This document shows positions 50,112 to 56,816 of a DNA stretch of 64,000 bases, in pieces. Each line of letters begins with the position of its first letter. Position 1 is the stretch's first letter. A model generated the notes under the pieces. The model was not told where the DNA came from. It was given only the letters and a program-made list of their open reading frames with translations, and ran no database searches. Made by a program: the position numbers and the translations under genes. This DNA comes from an uncultured Chloroflexia bacterium (lineage in GTDB: Bacteria; Chloroflexota; Dehalococcoidia; GIF9; UBA5629), in NCBI GenBank assembly GCA_963754385.1, contig CAVWGE010000004.1, forward strand, positions 118,780-182,779. The letters are read 5' to 3'.

Positions 50112-50564
50112 TTACTCAGATGGTTGCTTTTTGGCCTTGAGCCTTCTCGCCTCCTGATCCTCGGCTATCGCCTGTTCTCTAGTCAAGTCGGCTTTCCTTC
50201 TCGCCTGCTTTTTGACTAGTCGCCCAGCTTCCTCAGTAGCGCGCTTCTCTGATCCCTTGGCTTTCCTTGCTTTCAAAGCCTTTTCAATCGCCTCTTCTCT
50301 AGTCAAGTCGGCTTTCCTTCTCGCCTGCTTTTTGACTAGTCGCCCAGCTTCCTCAGTAGCACGCTTCTCTGATCCCTTGGCTTTCCTTGCTTTCAAAGCC
50401 TTTTCAATCGCCTCTTCTCTAGTCAAGTCGGCTTTCCTTCTCGCCTGCTTTTTGACTAGTCGCCCAGCTTCCTCAGTAGCGCGCTTCTCTGATCCCCTGG
50501 CCTCCTTTAGTGATTGTTCTTCTTGGTCTCTCATCGTTCTACCTATCAACATTGAGATAATCAT
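50112..50564 (-). CDS. Basic tandem-repeat protein (three 40-aa repeats KARKAKGSEKRATEEAGRLVKKQARRKADLTREEAIEKAL)
   Basis: ORF spans three near-perfect 120-bp DNA repeats. Lys/Arg/Glu-rich helical repeats with a short hydrophobic N-terminus. Coding status is supported only by the maintained frame across the repeats. Confidence 0.5.
   Translation of the reverse strand: MIISMLIGRTMRDQEEQSLKEARGSEKRATEEAGRLVKKQARRKADLTREEAIEKALKARKAKGSEKRATEEAGRLVKKQARRKADLTREEAIEKALKARKAKGSEKRATEEAGRLVKKQARRKADLTREQAIAEDQEARRLKAKKQPSE
50161..50520. repeat. Near-perfect 3 x 120-bp tandem direct repeat
   Basis: Units 50161-50280, 50281-50400 and 50401-50520 are identical except for about 1 nt internally and divergent outer edges. 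Confidence 0.85.
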
Positions 50565-50805
50565 GGAACCGGCGGTAAATCACTTTGTTGCAGCAACTTG
50601 CCCCAAATTATTGTACTACCTTTTATGTTAGGGTTGTCAAGACATGAACGGTTAGTACAGTGTACTCCACCCTATTAATCACGCGACCAGTAAGTTCGCT
50701 ACATTATGGCTCAAGAATTGTGGAGACAGCTTGATGCCGCAGAGGCTATTGGGACATACTACACTGATGATGACGAATAGGTACTGTCAAGCGGTAGGAT
50801 GCTTG

Positions 50806-50859
50806 GATGCGGTGGAAGCGCATAAGAAGTATTCACCTATTGATAACATTAAAATATAG
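50806..50859 (+). pseudogene. Divergent integrase C-terminus-like remnant f (DAVEAHKKYSPIDNIKI*)
   Basis: Shares the pattern D-x-V-x-x-H-x-x-x-SP[IV]D-x-[IL]-x-[IR]-stop with the integrase tail (DDVFKRHVVASPVDRLIR*). Starts the 560-bp segmental duplication. Confidence 0.4.
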
Positions 50860-50958
50860 CTTCTTCATATCTGGACTAGTTCTCCGGGGTGCAATCACTC
50901 AAAATACCCCTCGTCAATCCACTACTGCTCAATTTAACCCTGTATTGATCTAATTTCC

Positions 50959-51330
50959 TCAAGCTTCTGTTTCCTCTATATTAAGCTCTTCATCCCCAGA
51001 TACCTCGGTTAAACTCTCTTGCTCTGTTTCTACCTCTTCCCTCCCTTGCTCTTGATAGGCTGAAAAGTACTCTGCGATATTAATGTCACGATAGTACACT
51101 TCACAGACCAACCTATTGTGTTGTACACCGTCCGGTGATCCCAATTCAACCTTCTTGTTGTGGATAAGGCCAGAGAGCTTTTGTTCGACAGCTATCGCTC
51201 CTTTCCCACTCTTCGGAGCAGTGTAACCTTTCACTTGCACGAGATTTCCTGTTTCATCTCCGAGTTCCCACTTGGGAGATACCTCGAAAGTGTTTCCGTC
51301 AATAACTGCTACTACGGTGAATGTCTCCAA
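50959..51330 (-). CDS. SNase-like (thermonuclease/OB-fold) protein, probably non-catalytic, with acidic C-terminal tail
   Basis: VIDGNTFEV and VQVKGYTAPKSG align to the SNase DGDT and RLxGIDTPE regions, but with Asp-to-Asn and Asp-to-Tyr substitutions at metal ligands. TTG start; paralogue at 55393. Confidence 0.5.
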   Translation of the reverse strand: METFTVVAVIDGNTFEVSPKWELGDETGNLVQVKGYTAPKSGKGAIAVEQKLSGLIHNKKVELGSPDGVQHNRLVCEVYYRDINIAEYFSAYQEQGREEVETEQESLTEVSGDEELNIEETEA

Positions 51331-51334
51331 TACT

Positions 51335-51366
51335 GACCTGCCCCCAATAGTTATACCACTTCTTAT
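51335..51366. repeat. R repeat copy 3
   Basis: gacctgcccccaatagttataccacttctta, 5 bp upstream (minus strand) of the SNase-like gene start. Confidence 0.55.
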
Positions 51367-51395
51367 GTTAGTCTACAAGAACAATAGCTTAGGAG

Positions 51396-51470
51396 CAGGC
51401 ATTGGGGTTTGATGATGTGTTTAAAAGACATGTAATGGCTAGTCCGGTCGACAAACCGAAGAGGTCATAA
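51396..51470 (+). pseudogene. Integrase 3'-terminal remnant d (..ALGFDDVFKRHVMASPVDKPKRS*)
   Basis: Homologous to the integrase tail through SPVD, then divergent; preceded by the same roughly 40-bp spacer sequence as remnant b. Confidence 0.55.
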
Positions 51471-51514
51471 AAATCCTCAAAGACAGACAGGTTGATGCTG
51501 AAGATGTTGCTCAG

Positions 51515-51781
51515 GTGCTCCAAGCTGTTAAGGAATTTCGGACTGAAAAGGAAACTCAATCGTATCACTTAGTTATGAAAAATGGCGCGGTTGATAATAT
51601 TGGGCAGGCTGCAAAGCCGCATCGTATCACTTTTAAGAATAATCCCCAGTTTTTGAGGCTTCTGGACAGCCTTATTCGAAAAGGTCGTGGGGTTCCAACT
51701 ATTCAAAGTGAGCTTAGGGCTAATGGTTATGACGTGCCTTACGCTACTTTGGGGAGGTGGATTCGAAAGCATAAGAAGTAG
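51515..51781 (+). CDS. Small HTH protein (transposase/resolvase-type HTH)
   Basis: C-terminal GRGVPTIQSELRANGYDVPYATLGRWIRKHKK resembles HTH_23/HTH_28 DNA-binding domains of IS-family transposases; no catalytic domain. Confidence 0.45.
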   Translation: MLQAVKEFRTEKETQSYHLVMKNGAVDNIGQAAKPHRITFKNNPQFLRLLDSLIRKGRGVPTIQSELRANGYDVPYATLGRWIRKHKK

Positions 51782-51863
51782 GAGAAATATCAGTCAGTGG
51801 TATTTAGGATGCTATGCCACCGTATTCATCACGTCGTTCAAAGCGTTAATGTAACTAACCTGC

Positions 51864-53120
51864 TTACATGGACTCGCTTGTTTTAGTCCGCCTTAGAATT
51901 ACACTTAAGATAAGACCCATAACACTGACAGCAGCACTGACCAGGAAAGCCACATTATAGCTGCTGGTAACATCAAAAATATAACCAGCCAGAAACGGAC
52001 CGGCGGCTGCCCCGATGCAATAACCAAAGTTAATAACCCCCAGAATCAAGCTATGCGACCTCAGCCCAAAAAGCTCTGCCACTAGAGGCGACGCTGACGC
52101 AGCACAGCCCCCAGTGGCAAAACCAAAGATAGCAGCAGACAGATACAGCGCCCATGCCTCTGTGGCTGGTATTAACCAGAACAAAGCAGCTGTCATCAGA
52201 ACAAAGCCGATAATAAAAACCTGCCTATTCCCGATTCTATCGGCAGCCCAACCCAACACCAACCTGCCGATAATACCCGCGCCGCCAGCAGTAGCCAAAA
52301 TGTTGGCCGCAGTGGCAGCTGAAAATTCCAGGTCAGTGGCATACGGTGCAATATGCACCAGGATGGCATACCATGAAAATCCCAAACAAAGGTACATGCT
52401 CAAAGCAAGCCAGAATTGTCTCCCGGAAGCTGCCTCCCTGAGGGAAAATACCTTGGCGCTCCCTTTCAGCTCCATTTCTTCTTTACTCTCCCCGTGGGGC
52501 GTTAGACCCATCTGGGCCGGGTCACGCCTTAGAAGCTGGGCAAAAAGTATAACAGCAACCAAAGTCATGCTGCCCAGTATGATGTAGGATACACGCCAAT
52601 CATAAATAGAGATAAGCCAATTAGCCAACGGTGGTGCAATCAATCCGCCTACTCCTGAACCGGCTATGACAATACCGGTCATCGCACCTCTTCTCTTAAC
52701 AAACCATCTAGCTACTGTTGATGCTATTGGGACAAATGCTCCACTCATGCCGGTGCCTATTATCACTCCATAAAACAGATATAGCTGCCAGAGAGCATTG
52801 GTTTGTGACATCAGCAAGTAGCCTAGACCAAAAATGAAGCCACAAACCGAAATCACTATCCGAGGGCCAAGCCTATCGTTAACCCTCCCCACAGCAATAG
52901 CCAGCAAGCCTTGTATAATCCAAAAAACTGAAAAAGCGCCTGAGGTTACTGCTCTGGTCCAGCCAAGGTCGGTCAGCATTGGCTTGAAGAAGATACCAAA
53001 CGTGAATTGCATGCCAAGCATCAACAGCATAATAAAGAAGGCAGCTACCACCACGATATAGCCATAAAAGAACCGTGGTTTAGCCCTGGTAGGGGATTGG
53101 TAAACTCTCTGATTAGGCAT
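51864..53120 (-). CDS. MFS transporter (oxalate/formate antiporter-like)
   Basis: 12 predicted TM helices and MFS motif between TM2 and TM3 (GRVNDRLGPR). Start placed at the internal Met; the track ORF extends to 53162. Confidence 0.85.
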   Translation of the reverse strand: MPNQRVYQSPTRAKPRFFYGYIVVVAAFFIMLLMLGMQFTFGIFFKPMLTDLGWTRAVTSGAFSVFWIIQGLLAIAVGRVNDRLGPRIVISVCGFIFGLGYLLMSQTNALWQLYLFYGVIIGTGMSGAFVPIASTVARWFVKRRGAMTGIVIAGSGVGGLIAPPLANWLISIYDWRVSYIILGSMTLVAVILFAQLLRRDPAQMGLTPHGESKEEMELKGSAKVFSLREAASGRQFWLALSMYLCLGFSWYAILVHIAPYATDLEFSAATAANILATAGGAGIIGRLVLGWAADRIGNRQVFIIGFVLMTAALFWLIPATEAWALYLSAAIFGFATGGCAASASPLVAELFGLRSHSLILGVINFGYCIGAAAGPFLAGYIFDVTSSYNVAFLVSAAVSVMGLILSVILRRTKTSESM

Positions 53121-53340
53121 ACTAAAACCAAGCGCAGCTAAGTGCTGTGCCTTTAAGGGCAACTTTCACTACTGAAACCCAATTATAGCAGCACCGACCT
53201 GTGCGTTAATACTTTCCGCGTCATTTTGTTACACTCGTTACTAGCCCACCCTGCTGTAGAGCTTTGGCTGGACTTGCACACATCCCGATTGAACACCAAC
53301 AGACATAGTCTCTATAGTGAATGATTTCACAAAGCTATTT

Positions 53341-53520
53341 CAGCTTAACGGTGACTTGTAGAACTTCAGGCTATATTGGAAAGTAACTGACCCGCTTGTG
53401 CTTAGCTACTGACCAGCCTGTAAAGCTTCAGACTATCCCCAAAGTTAACTGACCTGGTATGTCCTAGCTAGTAACTCGCTTGTAATGCTTCAGGCAATCC
53501 TCAAAGGTTATACTTCTGGT
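53341..53520. repeat. Degenerate roughly 62-bp tandem repeat array (about 3 units) in non-coding DNA
   Basis: Units of form aactgacc-gcttgt-cttagct / actgacc-gcctgtaaagcttcag-c-at-c-caaagtt recur three times with substitutions. Confidence 0.5.
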
Positions 53521-53661
53521 ATACCGGAGAACCATACTCAAATCAGATCAACCGCCAAGATACATAATATCTAGAGTTGAAAGCCAGCGGGTTAAAACTG
53601 GCGGACGTAATAAGAGGACAGGGCTAAAGCAGAAGAGGGATAAACCATAATGCTAAAAGAG

Positions 53662-54015
53662 TTAAACCCTCTGTCTGTGGTTATTAAAGATAACTCCGAG
53701 CCTGTTAACCCTTATGTTAACCCCAAATTGACTACCTGCTCTTACCGTGGAGGTAGCGCAGGTTTTTATTTGAAGCGAAAATTGATTTCCTGAATTGTTG
53801 GTTAAAAACCTATCGATGTCCGTATCTCCACCTGGGCCAGGCCTAATTTGGCATTTAAGGTGCTTGTGTGCAATCTCATCAAGCAATGATTCGAAGGCAT
53901 GTCCTTTCACTGGGCGTAGAGTATTAGGGTCAGATACTACTACTTCATCAACAACGTCCCAAGACACGTTGACCCCTATTCTATCCATGAATTCTGAAAA
54001 TATATCCCTTGCCAT
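53662..54015 (-). CDS. Hypothetical protein (island cargo)
   Basis: 117-aa ORF; no motif recognised with confidence. Confidence 0.35.
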   Translation of the reverse strand: MARDIFSEFMDRIGVNVSWDVVDEVVVSDPNTLRPVKGHAFESLLDEIAHKHLKCQIRPGPGGDTDIDRFLTNNSGNQFSLQIKTCATSTVRAGSQFGVNIRVNRLGVIFNNHRQRV

Positions 54016-54177
54016 TCAAATATTCCTTCGGAGGTCTACAACACTGATGATGAAAATACCGATCAGGGTCAGATTCAACAGCGGTGCCTTACTATGGCCT
54101 AGCTCAAGGAATATTGTACCGCTCGGTATTTCGTAATGGAATGCCACTACCGTATGACTAGTAATTAGACGATCGGT

Positions 54178-54213
54178 TTGCCTAACAATTAGTCGGTTTG
54201 ATTATGAATCCGT
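54178..54213. repeat. Direct repeat DR-A copy 1 (acgatcggtttgcctaacaattagtcggtttgatta)
   Basis: About 36 bp, roughly 80% identical to 55166-55200. The two copies bracket a 1-kb AT-rich segment containing two small TM-protein genes. Confidence 0.5.
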
Positions 54214-54354
54214 TACTCGAAGCTAAGTGTTAAGCAGACTGAAGCTGAACGTTAAGCAAGACCTTACGAGAGGGAATCAGTAGGTCTAAATGGTATTCAC
54301 TGCCTATGCTTGTAGGAGCAGAGTGATTTCATAAAGAAATAGGAAGTATTTGTA

Positions 54355-54645
54355 TTATTCAACCTGTCTTCTGATCCACGCAGCGACAAAAGCTAATATC
54401 AAAAAAAGGATCCCAAATCCAATGAACATTAGTTGAATGGTAACAAAAGATGCAACTGACAAGATATCAAAGCTTACTAATACTAAATTAGCGATACCAC
54501 ATGCGAAGCAAATACATCCAAGAACGAATAGTACCCATGCCGCTGTTGTAGCTAGATTTTTAAGCGAGTTCGGCACTACTATCCTCTGACGCTGTTCCTG
54601 CAATTTACGCTCCTCATGTACTCTTCTAGTCTTTACTTCTGTCAT
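54355..54645 (-). CDS. Small membrane protein (2 TM)
   Basis: 96 aa with a charged N-terminus then two hydrophobic helices; markedly AT-rich. Confidence 0.4.
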   Translation of the reverse strand: MTEVKTRRVHEERKLQEQRQRIVVPNSLKNLATTAAWVLFVLGCICFACGIANLVLVSFDILSVASFVTIQLMFIGFGILFLILAFVAAWIRRQVE

Positions 54646-54693
54646 TACTATTCCCTCACAACAATTTCTCAGTCACCATATTAATTTAGGCGA

Positions 54694-54906
54694 TTATCCC
54701 TTAAGGACAAGTAAACTGCCGATTAAATAGGCAATTCCTACGAAAAGCAGAACAATGCTATACAGCCATATCGCCTTAGCTCTATCTTGTTTCTTGTCTT
54801 CTGATGCTGATAGATAACGACCAAAGTGGAGCATAAATGCTCCGATTCCAATTATGACCCATGCTATGCCTATTATAATGAGCTTGTAGATTATATTAGC
54901 ATCCAT
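54694..54906 (-). CDS. Small membrane protein (2 TM)
   Basis: 70 aa, two hydrophobic helices separated by a KKQDRAKA loop. Confidence 0.4.
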   Translation of the reverse strand: MDANIIYKLIIIGIAWVIIGIGAFMLHFGRYLSASEDKKQDRAKAIWLYSIVLLFVGIAYLIGSLLVLKG

Positions 54907-55165
54907 CTTGATTGCCTCCGATATCTAGAGGTTACAATCCAAGTTTTCCTTGTTGCCAGGGATAATCGCATTAGTTTATCTTAACTCACTATATTACAGC
55001 ATAAAATGGTAATAAATAAAAGAGCAAGATGCTTAGTTATATTCGTTGGCTAGAGTAAGATCCGATCATGTGAAATACTGCTAGACAAACTAACCTTCTG
55101 ATTAAGAATCAAAAGGCCAAATCAAAGTCAGTCTAGGGATACTCGGCTTTCACTTAACAATCAAA

Positions 55166-55200
55166 CGATCGGTTTGCCTACCAATCAAACGGTCAGATTA
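55166..55200. repeat. Direct repeat DR-A copy 2
   Basis: acgatcggtttgcctaccaatcaaacggtcagatta, directly abutting integrase remnant e. Confidence 0.5.
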
Positions 55201-55202
55201 CA

Positions 55203-55232
55203 GCCAGTCCGGTAGATAGGCTGGTACGTTAG
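55203..55232 (+). pseudogene. Integrase 3'-terminal remnant e (..ASPVDRLVR*)
   Basis: 30 bp matching the last 9 codons plus stop of the integrase. Confidence 0.5.
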
Positions 55233-55239
55233 AGACTTA

Positions 55240-55293
55240 GATGCAGTGGAAAGTCATAAGAGGTATGGGCCAGTGGATAATATTAAAATATAG
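55240..55293 (+). pseudogene. Divergent integrase C-terminus-like remnant g (DAVESHKRYGPVDNIKI*)
   Basis: Paralogue of remnant f; begins the second copy of the 560-bp segmental duplication. Confidence 0.4.
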
Positions 55294-55392
55294 CTATGTT
55301 ATGTCGGGACTAGTTCTCTTGGGTGCAATCACTTAAAATACCCCTCGTCAATCCACTACTGCTCAATTTAGCCCTGTATTGATCTAATTTCC

Positions 55393-55776
55393 TCAAGCTT
55401 CTGTCTCCTCTATATTTAGCTCTTCATCCCCAGATACCTCGGTTAAACTCTCTCGCTCTGTTTCTACATCTTCCCTCGCTTGCTCTTGATAGGCTGAAAA
55501 ATACTCTGCGATATTAATACCGCGATAGTATACTTCACAGATCAACCTATTGTGTTGTACGCCGTCCGGTGATCCCAATTCAACCTTCTTGTTGTGGATA
55601 AGGCCAGAGAGCTTTTGTTCGACAGCCATCGCTCCTTTCCCACTCTTCGGAGCAGTGTAACCTTTCGCTTGCACGAGATTTCCTGTTTCGTCTCCGAGTT
55701 CCCACTTGGGGGATACCTCGAAAGTGTTTCCGTCAATAACTGCTACTACGGTGAATGTCTCCAATACTGACCTGCC
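55393..55776 (-). CDS. SNase-like protein, paralogue of the 50959 ORF
   Basis: About 93% identical to the first copy over the shared length. The track ORF (to 55818) reads through R repeat copy 4 to an upstream ATG, so the true start is uncertain. Confidence 0.5.
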   Translation of the reverse strand, partial: GRSVLETFTVVAVIDGNTFEVSPKWELGDETGNLVQAKGYTAPKSGKGAMAVEQKLSGLIHNKKVELGSPDGVQHNRLICEVYYRGINIAEYFSAYQEQAREDVETERESLTEVSGDEELNIEETEA

Positions 55777-55794
55777 CCCAATAGTTATACCACT
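55769..55794. repeat. R repeat copy 4
   Basis: gacctgcccccaatagttataccact, followed 50 bp later by the attR tRNA fragment. Confidence 0.55.
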
Positions 55795-55843
55795 GAAGGT
55801 GATTATACCACTAAGCATTTTGTAACGGAATGTCTCGTTTGAC

Positions 55844-55895
55844 TCATAGTCAAAAGGTAGTGGGTTCGAATCCCATCAGCTCCACCATCTTTGGG
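55844..55895 (+). repeat. attR: partial direct repeat of tRNA-Ala 3' portion (anticodon stem to CCA)
   Basis: cgtttgact[cat]agtcaaaaggtagtgggttcgaatcccatcagctccacca matches tRNA positions 25-76 except for 3 nt in the anticodon loop. The 40-nt 3' part is identical, so crossover must lie 3' of the loop. Confidence 0.8.
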
Positions 55896-56030
55896 GCAAT
55901 TTTCGCCCGCCACAACTCAAAATTTCCTCGGTTCGATTGATGTTCAGGTTGCGTCTAGTGCCCCTGGCAATATATACTTTGATGTTGGTTTTGGGTCAAA
56001 AGCTTATAAATATTGTTTGGGAGGTGGGCA

Positions 56031-56798
56031 ATGAATTTTTCTCCGGATGATTTCTCTCTAAAAGGCAAAGTGGCTCTGGTAACCGGCGGTAGCCGCGGCA
56101 TCGGTAAGGCTATTGCTGTTGGACTTGCTAAGGCTGGCGCCGACGTGGCTTTAGCCAGTCGGAAATTACCAGACCTCGAGGAGGTGGCTAAAGAGATAAA
56201 GGGATTGGGGCGGAAGTCGTTAGCTGTAGCGGCACACATAGGCAGGCTCGAGGAGATAAACAATTTAGTCGGTAGGGTAAAAGATGAATTTGGCAGAATT
56301 GATATACTTGTAAATAACGCAGCTACCAACCCGACTATGGACCAGGCCATAGACATAGGGGAGCGTGCCTGGGACTCCATTATGAATCTAAATCTAAAGG
56401 GGCTGTTCTTTCTCAGTCAGGCAGTGGCCATGTTGATGAAGGAGCAAGGCGGTGGCAAAATTGTGAATGTTGCCTCGATAGAAGGGATTACCCCTGGCAT
56501 ATTGCCCGTTTATGCCATAAGTAAAGCCGGGGTGATCATGGCAACGAAGGTCATGGCGCAGCAATGGGCTAAGTACGGTATCAGGGTGAATGCAATAGCA
56601 CCGGGACTGACCAAAACCCGTTTCAGTGAAGCCCTCTGGAGCAACCCTGATATTCTGAGCGTTGCTATGATGATGACGCCGATGGGGCGGGTAGCCGAGC
56701 CTGAGGAGATGATTGGCGCTGTGATTTTCCTGGCCTCTGATGCTTCTGGCTATGTAACCGGACAGGTTCTCGCCGTAGATGGCGGCGCTACTATATAA
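56031..56798 (+). CDS. Short-chain dehydrogenase/reductase (3-oxoacyl-ACP reductase-like)
   Basis: TGGSRGIG cofactor motif, NNAA, and catalytic YxxxK (YAISKAG). Start at the ATG after the GGAGG RBS rather than track position 56013. Confidence 0.85.
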   Translation: MNFSPDDFSLKGKVALVTGGSRGIGKAIAVGLAKAGADVALASRKLPDLEEVAKEIKGLGRKSLAVAAHIGRLEEINNLVGRVKDEFGRIDILVNNAATNPTMDQAIDIGERAWDSIMNLNLKGLFFLSQAVAMLMKEQGGGKIVNVASIEGITPGILPVYAISKAGVIMATKVMAQQWAKYGIRVNAIAPGLTKTRFSEALWSNPDILSVAMMMTPMGRVAEPEEMIGAVIFLASDASGYVTGQVLAVDGGATI

Positions 56799-56816
56799 AA
56801 GAGAAAGGAGAATAGG

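Larger units (their letters stand above)
46507..55895. mobile_element. tRNA-Ala-inserted integrative genomic island (about 9.4 kb), composite/nested
   Basis: attL is the intact tRNA-Ala at 46507-46582 with an adjacent tyrosine integrase. attR is a 52-bp direct repeat of tRNA positions about 26-76 at 55844-55895, with 3 mismatches confined to the anticodon loop. The interior is AT-richer than flanking DNA and carries integrase 3' remnants, repeated promoter-like elements and duplicated cargo. Confidence 0.6.

Noticed and set aside
50161-50520. CRISPR array hypothesis for the 120-bp tandem repeats, and for the 62-bp array at 53341-53520
   Set aside because: The repeats are directly adjacent with no unique spacers. 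The first set keeps an open reading frame. Neither fits the CRISPR repeat-spacer architecture.
50212-50631. 139-aa plus-strand ORF across the 120-bp repeats
   Set aside because: It is a mirror-frame artefact of the low-complexity repeat. The minus-strand frame has the more protein-like composition, though even that call is only moderate.
53795-54136. 113-aa plus-strand ORF antisense to the 53662-54015 hypothetical gene
   Set aside because: The two overlap and no features distinguish them. The minus-strand ORF is retained arbitrarily at low confidence.
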